Shown piece after piece: positions 47,365 to 57,489 of a stretch of 64,000 bases of DNA. Both the position numbers and the translations under genes were made by a program. The number at the start of each line of letters is the position of its first letter. Position 1 is the stretch's first letter. The DNA is from Candidatus Daviesbacteria bacterium GW2011_GWA1_41_61 (GTDB lineage Bacteria; Patescibacteriota; Microgenomatia; Daviesbacterales; UBA10151). The notes below the pieces were generated by a model, which saw only the letters and a list, made by a program, of their open reading frames with translations, searched no databases and was not told where the DNA came from. The stretch covers positions 243,663 through 307,662 of the forward strand of contig LCBT01000001.1 of the NCBI GenBank assembly GCA_000997385.1, read 5' to 3'.

Positions 47365-50039
47365 CTAAAAAGTTTAACTAAATTAGAGAACGTTTGAAGT
47401 TTATGTTCCTTAAACTTCTCCTCGGTTACATAAAGACAATCTACAGTTATTTTTGACCGGGCTTGATTAACATCTTTACACCATTGTTTTAGCCTTTCCA
47501 ACTTTAATAGGTCATCCAAGTCTTCTCTTCCTTTAGTTTCTACAACCCAAATTTCCTGATTATTTACTTTTACAAAAAAATCAGGATAGTAATACGAGAT
47601 TGACCCCTCAGAATTTTTATAATCTATCTTAAAATGTATATCAAAATAATTCTTGGCAAATGATAAAATATCATCACATTTTTCGAGAAAATCAGCAAAT
47701 TGGAGTTCAAAATTACTATCACCTACAATTTTATTAAATATACTTTTCTTAGGTAATAAATATGTATTGTCATTTACTACGAAAGGTTTGCACTTACTAA
47801 TCTTTATATAGTTTTTTATTTCTGCATTACCTTTATCCTCAATAGTAAGATCATTAATTTCCTTTTTGAAAGTTTCAGTTATGGTTTTTGTAACTTCCAG
47901 CTCTGATAAATTACGTAGTATATTCAAATCCTCTAAGTTAACGTGATCTACAAACAAATAATCACTAATGAATTCTTTTACCTGACCAAATAAAATATCG
48001 TAACAGCCAAATAGACGCAGTTCCCTCATGATTGTTTGAGCAAAAAAACCGATGGCGCTTTGATATCTTGGCTCAATATTGGTATCTAAAACTGTTGTGT
48101 GGTGAATTTTATCAGCCACAACCTCTTTAAAAATTATTTCCTTCTTTTCTTTGTCGCTAAACTGTTTAATTGGCATTTTTTTGTGTTTGAATTTAGAAAC
48201 ATCTAGATTTGAAAGATTTTTATATTCTCTCTGAATACGGGGGGTAAGAATAGGCAGTTCTATATCAAGCTTTTCAATATCCTTTTTAACATTTTCACTA
48301 TCCACCTCAACAACAACTGGTGTAATCGGCTTTGCTCCTATATCCATTGCCCTTTTTTCGAGTATCACACCTTCTATGTTGATAGATTCAACGAAATCCA
48401 TAAATGCCGGAGTACCAATAATACTAACGTATTCCTCTATATCATCTCTGCCAAAAAACATCCTTCTTAGACCTCTACCTAAGGTTTGTTCGGGTAAAAT
48501 ATTTGCAGTTGATGAATATGCCCGTAGCCCAACGATAGTAGTTACATTTTTTACATCCCATCCTTCCTTAAGCATGAGTACTGATACAATAGCTTTAAAA
48601 GGACTCTCGTTGCTATCTATAGTATTTGCCTGTTCTCTTAACTTAATCAATTCCTTCTCGTCCTTACCTTGAATAGCTTCTGATATCTCCCCACTTTTAT
48701 TAGTGTGAATCGTTAAAACTGCATTTTTAAATTCAGGGTATGTTTTTTCTATGTACTCTGCTACTTCATCACAATTTTTTGTATCGTCAGTCATTATAAA
48801 AAGTATCGATTTTTTACCAGTCTTTTGAAGTTCTTTATAAGTTTTTCTCCATTCAATAACACCGAGATTTATATAATCCTCGTACTTCTCAGTAAATAGA
48901 GAGCTTTGATTTTCCTTAAGTTTTGCCCTACTGGCCTGATCTGGTAATACAGGATTTTTAACAACTCTTTGATGAATTGCTTCAACTAGTGGGTAATCAG
49001 AGATAACCTGGACAAAAATATTTCCATTATTATGTTTTGGAGTTGCAGTTACATCTATCTGTAGCGCTAACTCACCACCCTTTAGTTTAAGCTTATTATG
49101 AATATCTTGAATTGATTTAAACCAGGCTAATTTTTCATCATGGATATGATGCGCTTCATCGTTAATAACTATCAACTCATTGATCTCGCGGACTATTTCA
49201 CTTAAATTTACTTTTGAGTCGTTAGTTTTACCTACTGGTTTTGGTCCCAAAAAATAGTTCATGCTGTCTTCATCTTCGGCACTCAATCCATTAATATTTC
49301 CCTCAAAAACGCGGTGAATATTTGTTAAAAAAATGTTTCCGGTCGTGGATATTAGACCTACCTCATCTTGTAAATGAAGCGTTACTTGAAAGTCATCTTG
49401 CCAATTCTGCCCTCCATACCCATTATCTGGAAGTATTGGATCAACGTGGAAGATTTTCAAACCCGCAAAATCATTTTTAATTCTTTCAAGCACAATAATA
49501 TTCGGAGTAATTAGTAAAAAGTTTCGTGCCAGTTTAGAGTCCGGTTCATAAAGCTTATGAAAATATGCCCAAGCTAAAATTAAACTCATTACCTTTGTTT
49601 TTCCGCTGCCTGTTGCCATTTTAATGACAAACCTGAGCCAATCCTCATCAAACATATTAGGACTTACCCTACCCAATGAATCAAACTTTATTAAGTCATA
49701 CTTACTTTTAACTTTTGCAACTTCGTATAGCCATACGACTGTTTCAACTGCTTCTCTTTGGGAAAAATAATATCTAAAAGGGGTAGATACACCATTCTGG
49801 TCAAATATTGTATGTTCCTCTTTAAACCACCAATTCAAGAGAGCTTTTGAAGTTTCAGAAGCATCTGCATAATTACTGTTACGCCACTCCTTTACTTTTT
49901 TACGTAACTCCGAAATAAAAGGAGGTAGTAGTCTTTCATAACCACCTTTTTCTCTTAAATCCTCAACAGCGGGGAACCATCTTATATCTGGATCTAAAAT
50001 AACGTATGGGTCTTTTGGAAAATCTTTATGTAGTGCCAT
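47361..50039 (-). CDS. res: Type III-like restriction endonuclease subunit Res (SF2 helicase plus PD-(D/E)xK nuclease)
   Basis: Q motif, KMATGSGKT, NDEAHH, TATP, LKEGWDV, EQTLGRGLRR, YYPDFFV..VVETKG. Confidence 0.9.
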   Translation of the reverse strand: MALHKDFPKDPYVILDPDIRWFPAVEDLREKGGYERLLPPFISELRKKVKEWRNSNYADASETSKALLNWWFKEEHTIFDQNGVSTPFRYYFSQREAVETVVWLYEVAKVKSKYDLIKFDSLGRVSPNMFDEDWLRFVIKMATGSGKTKVMSLILAWAYFHKLYEPDSKLARNFLLITPNIIVLERIKNDFAGLKIFHVDPILPDNGYGGQNWQDDFQVTLHLQDEVGLISTTGNIFLTNIHRVFEGNINGLSAEDEDSMNYFLGPKPVGKTNDSKVNLSEIVREINELIVINDEAHHIHDEKLAWFKSIQDIHNKLKLKGGELALQIDVTATPKHNNGNIFVQVISDYPLVEAIHQRVVKNPVLPDQASRAKLKENQSSLFTEKYEDYINLGVIEWRKTYKELQKTGKKSILFIMTDDTKNCDEVAEYIEKTYPEFKNAVLTIHTNKSGEISEAIQGKDEKELIKLREQANTIDSNESPFKAIVSVLMLKEGWDVKNVTTIVGLRAYSSTANILPEQTLGRGLRRMFFGRDDIEEYVSIIGTPAFMDFVESINIEGVILEKRAMDIGAKPITPVVVEVDSENVKKDIEKLDIELPILTPRIQREYKNLSNLDVSKFKHKKMPIKQFSDKEKKEIIFKEVVADKIHHTTVLDTNIEPRYQSAIGFFAQTIMRELRLFGCYDILFGQVKEFISDYLFVDHVNLEDLNILRNLSELEVTKTITETFKKEINDLTIEDKGNAEIKNYIKISKCKPFVVNDNTYLLPKKSIFNKIVGDSNFELQFADFLEKCDDILSFAKNYFDIHFKIDYKNSEGSISYYYPDFFVKVNNQEIWVVETKGREDLDDLLKLERLKQWCKDVNQARSKITVDCLYVTEEKFKEHKLQTFSNLVKLFR

Positions 50040-50104
50040 ATATCATTATCAAAGCCATCTGAAAATGGAAAATGAGTCCTTTAGCCTCAAAAATTCAGAT
50101 TGTT

Positions 50105-51475
50105 TTACCTATTTTCAACCCCCTTTGAAAACAGACTAAGTTGTTGCATATTCTCTTTAGTTTTTTGCTGGATTGTTTTTTTTGCTTTAAGAATAAACTT
50201 AATTGGCAGATAATCCTGTGTTAATCCCCAATATTTCAGTTTTCCTTCCTGTTTTTTCACCTCTATTACCCCAGCATCTCTTAATGGATTAAAATAATAA
50301 CCAGATATATTTGAGGGAGCTTTTTTTAATTGTATGGCTAAATCTTTTTGAGTTACATAGTTACTTGATGTTGCTAAAAATATTAGTAGTTCTTCTTGTT
50401 CTTTTGTTAACTCGCTTTTTTTAATCACCTCCCAGCGTTCTTTACCAAGTAACAGCATTGCTTCATCAACACCCAAAGGCTCCAGTACTGTTTCAGGTAC
50501 CTGACTGAGAATATCCTTTAATCCATTCATAATCGAACGGGCATCTCCCTCGTATAAATCATATAAACTGAAAATTGCCTCATTTGAGAATGGTGCTATA
50601 TATTTAACGACATCAGGAGATTTTAATAGCTCCATTCTTTCTTCAAACGCTTTAATTATTTCTAATTTACTAAGTGGATTAACCACTAACGGTGATAAGT
50701 GAAATACACTTTTTAAACGTTTCTCTACAGATATAATATCTCTGAAGAAATGCTTTGGCCCTAAAAATAAATAATAAACATCTCTTGTTTGAAGAATATC
50801 CCGTATTTCCTGAAAAAATCCTATAACACCCTTTTTTTCTTTTGAGTCGGATAGCACAATATCAAAATTATTGATATGAACAATAAGACCACCAAACTTT
50901 TTCCCTGCTATTTCATGAGTCTTTATAAACTCCACAAGATTAGAAAAATAGTTTTCGAGCATGGTATTTGATATACTTGGGGGATATTCTGTTGTTCCTG
51001 TTTTACCGAACTCTCCACCAAACCCCGCAATACTAATTCCTGCGGAAATATCTAAACTTTGAGTAATATCAACAAGTTTTTCTAGTTTTTGAAGTAATTC
51101 TTCTTTTTTGATAAGATCAGGGTCAAGAAGTCTGATCTCCCTAAGGGTAGATCCGATAACCTCTGTTAAGAAACTTTTTTTGTTTAAAAGATTTTTTGAT
51201 GCTTCTATTTCCCTTCGGAACGAAAAAAGAGGTTTCTTTTTCTCTTCATATTTAAATAGAAACTTATGGAAATTAGCCAAGCTTGTTTTGCCTACACCGA
51301 CATTTCCAAGAATTGTCAAACAGGCTCTTGAATCAGAAAGAAAGATATCCTTCAGGCTTTGAAGCTCGACAGTTCTTCCTACAAATGCTTTGTGGATAGG
51401 TAATTCCCCACCCTCTATAAGAGGGAGAGTATCATAAGGGTTGCTTCGTAATCCAAATTGCTGCCAGTTAATCAT
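50105..51475 (-). CDS. P-loop ATPase (AAA+/STAND-like) with C-terminal winged helix
   Basis: FGL..NP, FVGR..EL, GNVGVGKTS Walker A, IVHINNFD Walker-B-like, GDAR; C-terminal TQKDLA..LKKAPSNIS...L...GVI wHTH. Confidence 0.75.
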   Translation of the reverse strand: MINWQQFGLRSNPYDTLPLIEGGELPIHKAFVGRTVELQSLKDIFLSDSRACLTILGNVGVGKTSLANFHKFLFKYEEKKKPLFSFRREIEASKNLLNKKSFLTEVIGSTLREIRLLDPDLIKKEELLQKLEKLVDITQSLDISAGISIAGFGGEFGKTGTTEYPPSISNTMLENYFSNLVEFIKTHEIAGKKFGGLIVHINNFDIVLSDSKEKKGVIGFFQEIRDILQTRDVYYLFLGPKHFFRDIISVEKRLKSVFHLSPLVVNPLSKLEIIKAFEERMELLKSPDVVKYIAPFSNEAIFSLYDLYEGDARSIMNGLKDILSQVPETVLEPLGVDEAMLLLGKERWEVIKKSELTKEQEELLIFLATSSNYVTQKDLAIQLKKAPSNISGYYFNPLRDAGVIEVKKQEGKLKYWGLTQDYLPIKFILKAKKTIQQKTKENMQQLSLFSKGVENR

Positions 51476-51592
51476 ATGTATTTTCTATATATATAGTTAT
51501 TTATACAAATCTCTATATATTAAATTTGCTTTATAATCAAGTAGCCACACTTAATAGTATTCATGCAATTAATTTATTCCTCTTTTATATAA

Positions 51593-53767
51593 CTATATAT
51601 TTACCTCAATAACTTTTGTTGTGTCGTTGCCAAAAATATCTACAACTTTTACTGCAAGTTTGCGTGATCCCTTTGAGACTTCTTTAGCTGCCGAAATTAA
51701 TTCTAAACTTCGATCTTTTTTGGTACGGAATGATTGCCATTCATTTTCAAAAATATAGTTTCCCGTCCAGGCATCTTCTTCATCTTCATTTTTTTGATTC
51801 CTTATTCTTATGAATTCCTTTTTACTTTCAAAGTTAAAATCTACCGCCCAATAATCAACCCAATCTGTCCATTTCGTTGTTAAAACCTCACGGTTAATAA
51901 CCTCTGAATCCTTGCCTTTACTAAGTCTTATAACTTGACCATTTTCAATCACAACCTTACTGCCTCCAGATTTTAACTTTTCTTCAACCTCTCCTGTATC
52001 ATCTTGGTTATAAAAAACACTAAAATCACTTAATTCAATAGCTACAGTATTCTTTTTGACAATTGGTTTAACCTCTATAAATGCCACCTCGTAGAATTTT
52101 ACTTGTCCCTTTTCAACAGCTTTTTTATCAAATACCTCTCGTGGTATTACTCTAAGTTGCAGATCAACTCCTTGATTTTTAAACTGATCTACTTCAAGTC
52201 CCATCTCCCAATCAAACCCAAGTACGTCTACTTTGGTAATGTTTTTCTCTACACATTCAACTACTACTTGATGTAAAAAGTCTCCGGAAACAGGAAAGTT
52301 TATTGGACCGATAGCCACAAGGCGGTCTCTTTTTTTACCGACCATAGTTAAAAATGAATCCACAGGTTCCGCTTTGTATGCTGACAATATCAATTTAATA
52401 AATTCTTTTTCTTTTATGTCTTGTTGTAATTGTCTTTCTTCTTCTCTTAAATCTGGGTTTACTTGGATAAACAAATCCCGTTCGTATGTTCCTATATTCA
52501 AAATTTCAAAGGCTCTAAAATTCTTACCCACTTTTTTCAGTTCTCTTTGAACTCCAATCATTCTTTTACGAGTAGTATGAATAGCAAATCTTCCCAAATC
52601 AGAACCAATCCATTTTCTACCCAACTTCTCGGCAACTGCTAATGTAGTTCCAGAACCCACAAAAAAATCTGCAACGATATCACCTTCATCAGAAGAAGCA
52701 GTGATTATACGTCTAAGTAGGAATTCAGGTTTTTGTGTAGGATAATCAAGCAATTCCTTTGAGGAAGTTGCAACCCCAAATCCTGGAATGTCTGTCCAGA
52801 TAGAATCCTGGGGAATTGTGTATTCATCTAAATAGTATTTTTTATATTTTTGCCCACTTGAAGAAACATAAATTAACCCTCTTTCTTCAAAATCTTTTAT
52901 CGATATTGGTGAATAATCGCCAAGAGTAGTTCTTTTGAATTTTCTACCATCAGGATCTTGATATCTAAATTCATTGAGTTGCTTATCGACAAGAGTGCCA
53001 CTTTGAGGGTGAAATATATGTGAGTCTGATTTTGAGTAACAAAAAATTATATCAAACGTTTTTGGCCAATGTTTTGCTACTGCTTTTGCACCTTTACCTA
53101 CAGCATCTTTTTTCCAAATAATTTCTCCACGGTAATTAGCACTACCAAACAATTCATTTAGAATCATCCTTAGATAGCTGTTAAGTCGCCAATCGCAATG
53201 GACATATATACTTCCTTTATCTGCTAGTAAATCAGCCATTAATTTTAATCGCTCATAAATCATTGCAATAAAACTGTCAGCTCCTTTACCCCAAGTGTCC
53301 CGATAAGCAACTTCTTCTATAATTGAGGGTTTCTTAGTAAATTCTTCATCACCTATCTGTACATTCATGGAAAAATCAGCACCTACATCAAATGGTGGGT
53401 CAATATAAATGAGTTTTATACCACCTTGAGCTTCAATTTCTTTACGGAGGGGACCGTTTTTAAGGGAGGACAGAATTAATTTATTGTCGCCCCAGATAAG
53501 TTTGTTTGTCCAGCCTTGGATTTGATGACCGGAAGTGTCAAAAAGAGTTTGTTGCATTTTTATCTCCGCTTCACTTCTTGGCTCATCAATATGCTCAATT
53601 GTTTGAAAAGGGAGAACAATATTACTAACCTCATTTGTCTTCCCATTCCACACCAACTCAACCTCCCGTTCATCATCAAAAAGAAGAAACCTGTACTTAT
53701 CGGGTAATGGCTTACCTGATTCAAGGTATTTTATAACATCACGTTTTTCATTGTCAGATAGTTTCAT
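51593..53767 (-). CDS. mod: Type III-like adenine DNA methyltransferase Mod (beta class)
   Basis: LIWGDN, IYIDPPF, YPTQKPE.LL.RII, DFFVGSGTT, RKWIG; long C-terminal extension ending KVVDIFGNDT. Confidence 0.92.
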   Translation of the reverse strand: MKLSDNEKRDVIKYLESGKPLPDKYRFLLFDDEREVELVWNGKTNEVSNIVLPFQTIEHIDEPRSEAEIKMQQTLFDTSGHQIQGWTNKLIWGDNKLILSSLKNGPLRKEIEAQGGIKLIYIDPPFDVGADFSMNVQIGDEEFTKKPSIIEEVAYRDTWGKGADSFIAMIYERLKLMADLLADKGSIYVHCDWRLNSYLRMILNELFGSANYRGEIIWKKDAVGKGAKAVAKHWPKTFDIIFCYSKSDSHIFHPQSGTLVDKQLNEFRYQDPDGRKFKRTTLGDYSPISIKDFEERGLIYVSSSGQKYKKYYLDEYTIPQDSIWTDIPGFGVATSSKELLDYPTQKPEFLLRRIITASSDEGDIVADFFVGSGTTLAVAEKLGRKWIGSDLGRFAIHTTRKRMIGVQRELKKVGKNFRAFEILNIGTYERDLFIQVNPDLREEERQLQQDIKEKEFIKLILSAYKAEPVDSFLTMVGKKRDRLVAIGPINFPVSGDFLHQVVVECVEKNITKVDVLGFDWEMGLEVDQFKNQGVDLQLRVIPREVFDKKAVEKGQVKFYEVAFIEVKPIVKKNTVAIELSDFSVFYNQDDTGEVEEKLKSGGSKVVIENGQVIRLSKGKDSEVINREVLTTKWTDWVDYWAVDFNFESKKEFIRIRNQKNEDEEDAWTGNYIFENEWQSFRTKKDRSLELISAAKEVSKGSRKLAVKVVDIFGNDTTKVIEVNI

Positions 53768-53909
53768 ATTTTCATGCCTATATTAAAGCACAAATCTTGT
53801 CCTGCCTGCTATTTTAGTACTTAACCTGGGTGAAAACAATGTAAAGAGGTCTTATCTTGTAAAAAGGTTTTGAAGTACTATGATTATCCTAAGAAGTGAA
53901 GGGGTGATT

Positions 53910-55172
53910 ATGAAAAATCTGTTAAAAAAAGTCAGGAAGTTGGTGGAAAAATTGTTGCTTCGGCTGAAGCTGTATTTTAAAAAACTACTGTTTCCCTTAT
54001 ACCTTTTTCCTTTAAAGATTGCTACTTATTCCCTGTATTACTTGATTTTATTTATCATTAAGCTAATCCTGGCTTTATTGGGGCTTCTTTTTGATGCCCT
54101 AAAATACCCTTTTAAATCCATGAAACATTTTTTAAAATTTGCCCTGCTTCTGTCAGCATCTTTATACCTTGTGGCATCACTATTTGTGATTGCCGACTAT
54201 TTGCGCATCCAATACGGTTTTTATGGCAAATTTTTCTGTGCTTACGGTACCAAAGAAAAATTATTAAGCTCAGTTGTCCGGATAGTGGGTGGTTATTCTG
54301 AAGGTTCGGGCTTCTTCATCTCTGAAACCTCGGTATTAACCAATTTCCATGTTATTGCCGATGAACCAAGTCCAAAGATTATTTTTCCTGACGGCAAATT
54401 TATTACCCCTATTAAAATCCTGGGCGATAAAAATGCCGATTTAGCAGTTTTAATTACCGATAAAAAGTATCCTGAAAAAGTATTATCCATCCCTAGTCAA
54501 GTAGAGTTTAAAGCAGATGAGCCACTGATCTCTGCAGGTTATCCGCTGGGAACAAATCTGACCGGAAACGCTACTGTAGTGAGGGGTAATTTTATCGATT
54601 TCCGCCATTCCAAGAACAACCCGGTTTATTACATCCAAACCAACATCAGCTTAGTAGAAGGCATGAGTGGAGGACCGCTAACAGATCAGTGTGGAAAGGT
54701 TATGGGTGTAAATACCATGAGTTTGGCAGGATTATCCCTGTTTATCGGAGCTGACCAGGTAAAGTCTATGGTTTCCAGTTTTTCAGACCAGGGGATAACC
54801 AAGATCGAGGTTGATCCATCCGCTTCCCCGGAGGATTCAGTCAAAGCTTTTTACACTTATCTTAAAGCCAGGAGGATGGAAGATGGCTTTAAACTGTTAA
54901 GCCAGGAATATCTTAAGAAAACGAATTTTCAGGAATGGACCAGCAGGTTTAAGGATATTTTGGATGTCAACATAATTAAATCAGAAAAGCTTGAAAATTC
55001 GCCAGATTCGGCTTTTATTAAGTTTTCAACAAAAAACTGGATAGATAATGAGGCGGAGGTGCATTTTTACGAAGGGACCTGGCAAACAGTTAAGGAAGAT
55101 AGGGTGTATAAAATGCTTAAAAGTAATATTAAGGAGATCTACAACCCCGGCTATTTATGGTTTTATGAATAA
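53910..55172 (+). CDS. Membrane-anchored trypsin-like serine protease
   Basis: AAGGGGTGA RBS; N-terminal TM region; GSGF, TNFHV (His), DLA (Asp), GMSGGP (Ser); extra C-terminal domain. Confidence 0.85.
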   Translation: MKNLLKKVRKLVEKLLLRLKLYFKKLLFPLYLFPLKIATYSLYYLILFIIKLILALLGLLFDALKYPFKSMKHFLKFALLLSASLYLVASLFVIADYLRIQYGFYGKFFCAYGTKEKLLSSVVRIVGGYSEGSGFFISETSVLTNFHVIADEPSPKIIFPDGKFITPIKILGDKNADLAVLITDKKYPEKVLSIPSQVEFKADEPLISAGYPLGTNLTGNATVVRGNFIDFRHSKNNPVYYIQTNISLVEGMSGGPLTDQCGKVMGVNTMSLAGLSLFIGADQVKSMVSSFSDQGITKIEVDPSASPEDSVKAFYTYLKARRMEDGFKLLSQEYLKKTNFQEWTSRFKDILDVNIIKSEKLENSPDSAFIKFSTKNWIDNEAEVHFYEGTWQTVKEDRVYKMLKSNIKEIYNPGYLWFYE

Positions 55173-55249
55173 AATTATGTTTTCCAACCCCAAGGGTTGT
55201 TTGGCTTCTAACCTCGGGTACTATGATCTAAAGCATTATAAAAAAGTTA

Positions 55250-55279
55250 CGCCAGATTTTGCGCGTGATTTGCGCAAGA
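55250..55279 (+). repeat. 30-bp direct repeat, copy 1 (upstream of fic)
   Basis: CGCCAGATTTTGCGCGTGATTTGCGCAAGA, identical to 56437-56466. Confidence 0.92.
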
Positions 55280-55374
55280 TGTGATATAATTATCCGAAAG
55301 GATAATTAACAGGTTCTGCAAGCAAGCTGTAAAATTTCTCTACAGCGAGCGAAGCAAGTCCTTATAATATACCT

Positions 55375-56433
55375 ATGTTTAAGCCAAATTACACCATTAC
55401 ACCCCTCATTCTCTCCCGAATAGCCGAAACTGCAGAAATCAAAGCTGCCGTGGAAAGATCCAGAGTTTTACCCCTTAATGAAGCCCAGTTAAAAAGACAG
55501 GCAATCCTCCGAATGGCCCATACCTCTACTTCTATTGAAGGTAACAAATTGGCTCAATTTGAAGTTGGCAAAGTGCAGGAGGGTAAAACAGTCAGAGCTC
55601 CCCAAAAAGATATTTTGGAAGTAGAAAATTACTTAAATGCCTTAAAACTTTTAGATAATTTATCTAAAACAAAAAATCATCTTACCATCCAGGAGATCCT
55701 GACTATGCATAAAACAGTGATAGACGGGCTGGTGGATGAGGAAAAGTCGGGTAAATTTCGCCCGGCAGATGTTTATGTCATCGATGATTTAGGAGGAGGT
55801 AAGGAAATGCTAAGATTTAAAGCTCCTCCGGCAAGCAAAGTTGCTGGGTTAATTGACGACTTACTCCGCTGGATTAGATCCGCCAAAGAAGCTGGAACCC
55901 ATCCGATTGTGGTAGCAGGGATCTTCCATATGGAATTTGTTTCCATCCATCCTTTTACTGATGGAAATGGCAGGGCAGCCAGGCTTTTAACCCAACTTTT
56001 GCTCTACAGGATGAACTGGGACTTTCGAAAAATTATCGTTTTGGAAGACTATTACAATAGGGATCGTTTAGCCTATTACAATGCCGAGCACTATGATGAG
56101 GGAAAGGAGTACCAACAAGGCAGAGATTTCACCCATTGGTTAGAGTATTTTTCCACGGGTTTTTTAGTCGAAGCCAGAAAAGCGCTGGAACAGATCCAAC
56201 TAATAGGCTACGGACAGGTTAGTAAAAAATCAGAGACTGTTTATTTAGATAGAGACGAACTGCAAATAATGGATTTTTTAACAACAGTGGGGAGGATTAC
56301 TTCCGAGGACATTGTGGATATTTTAAAGGTTTCAAAACGCACAGCTCAACTCAAGCTTAAGAAATTACTGGATTATGGCTTGATAAAGCGTCACGGCAGC
56401 ACCACGGCTACTCAGTACACTCTGAAAAAATGA
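55375..56433 (+). CDS. Fic-domain protein with C-terminal HTH
   Basis: STSIEGN (inhibitory-helix-type motif), HPFTDGNGRAAR Fic motif, C-terminal wHTH ITSEDIVDILKVSKRTAQLKLKKL. Confidence 0.93.
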   Translation: MFKPNYTITPLILSRIAETAEIKAAVERSRVLPLNEAQLKRQAILRMAHTSTSIEGNKLAQFEVGKVQEGKTVRAPQKDILEVENYLNALKLLDNLSKTKNHLTIQEILTMHKTVIDGLVDEEKSGKFRPADVYVIDDLGGGKEMLRFKAPPASKVAGLIDDLLRWIRSAKEAGTHPIVVAGIFHMEFVSIHPFTDGNGRAARLLTQLLLYRMNWDFRKIIVLEDYYNRDRLAYYNAEHYDEGKEYQQGRDFTHWLEYFSTGFLVEARKALEQIQLIGYGQVSKKSETVYLDRDELQIMDFLTTVGRITSEDIVDILKVSKRTAQLKLKKLLDYGLIKRHGSTTATQYTLKK

Positions 56434-56436
56434 TTT

Positions 56437-56466
56437 CGCCAGATTTTGCGCGTGATTTGCGCAAGA
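56437..56466 (+). repeat. 30-bp direct repeat, copy 2 (3 nt after fic stop)
   Basis: CGCCAGATTTTGCGCGTGATTTGCGCAAGA, identical to 55250-55279. Confidence 0.92.
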
Positions 56467-56493
56467 ACTTTCAACTTAACCCATCAGCAGCCA

Positions 56494-57489
56494 TTATCCA
56501 TTAAAGTGCTTACCTTTCATCCTCAAAACAGTTAAGATTCCTTTTATAATCTCTTTACCAGTTAAACCATACTTTTCTAAAAGTTCTGCCCCTTCCCCTG
56601 ACTGGCCAAACTTATCCTCTACCCCGATAATCTTAACAGGTATAGGGTACTGTCCGGATAAAAATTCTGCAACTGCTGACCCTAATCCCCCAGCTGCTTG
56701 ATGTTCCTCCACAGTGACTATACCTCCCGTTTCCTCTGCTGCCTTAAGGATTGCCTTTTTATCCAGAGGTTTGATGGTGGAACAATTTATTACCCGAACA
56801 CTAATATTACTCTCTTGTAACTGCCTGGCTGCCAAAAGCGCTTGGTACACCATCTGGCCGCAAGCTATCACCGTTACATCTTGGCCTTCCTGAAAAACCT
56901 CTGCCTGACCTATCTTAAAAGGAGTATCTTTGGTAGTCATAACCACTGTTTTATCTCGCAGTAACCTTAAATAACAAGGCCTTTTAAGTTTGGCTATCTC
57001 TAAAGTAGCCTTTTTAGCTTCTAAACTATCACAGGGGGAAATTACCACCATATTTGGCAAGACCCTCATTAAGGCAACATCTTCTAAAGCTTGATGGGTA
57101 GCTCCATCAGCCCCCACATTTAAACCGGCATGGGAACCGATAATTTTAACCGATTGGTTGTTGTAACAGATAGTTGTTCTGATTTGTTCCCAATTCCTGC
57201 CAGGGGAAAAAACAGCATAAGAGGTCATAAAAGGTATTTTCCCTACTGCTGCTAAACCTGAAGCCACTGCTGCCAAGTTTTGTTCTGCTACCCCCACCTC
57301 CACAAACCTTTGGGGGAACTTTTGGGCAAAAGCTTCTACTTTAGTAGACTCTTCCAAATCTGCAGTTAACACCACCACCTGAGGATTTTCCTCACCAGCC
57401 ATTACCAACCCTTCCCCAAACCCCTCCCTCATGGAAACCATTTCCATATCTTCATCAAACAACTTGGGGTTTAATTTTGTATTAATCAT
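56494..57489 (-). CDS. Transketolase, C-terminal subunit
   Basis: GVAEQN, EQIR, GADGATHQALED, TIKPLD, EEH...GGLG. Confidence 0.93.
   Translation of the reverse strand: MINTKLNPKLFDEDMEMVSMREGFGEGLVMAGEENPQVVVLTADLEESTKVEAFAQKFPQRFVEVGVAEQNLAAVASGLAAVGKIPFMTSYAVFSPGRNWEQIRTTICYNNQSVKIIGSHAGLNVGADGATHQALEDVALMRVLPNMVVISPCDSLEAKKATLEIAKLKRPCYLRLLRDKTVVMTTKDTPFKIGQAEVFQEGQDVTVIACGQMVYQALLAARQLQESNISVRVINCSTIKPLDKKAILKAAEETGGIVTVEEHQAAGGLGSAVAEFLSGQYPIPVKIIGVEDKFGQSGEGAELLEKYGLTGKEIIKGILTVLRMKGKHFNG

Noticed and set aside
51593-53767. Phase-variable simple sequence repeat in mod
   Set aside because: No tandem repeat tract found; the frame is intact.
55048-55284. 78-aa ORF upstream of fic as a possible antitoxin
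   Set aside because: Overlaps the protease 3' end out of frame, has no RBS, and the Fic protein already carries an internal STSIEGN inhibitory-type motif.
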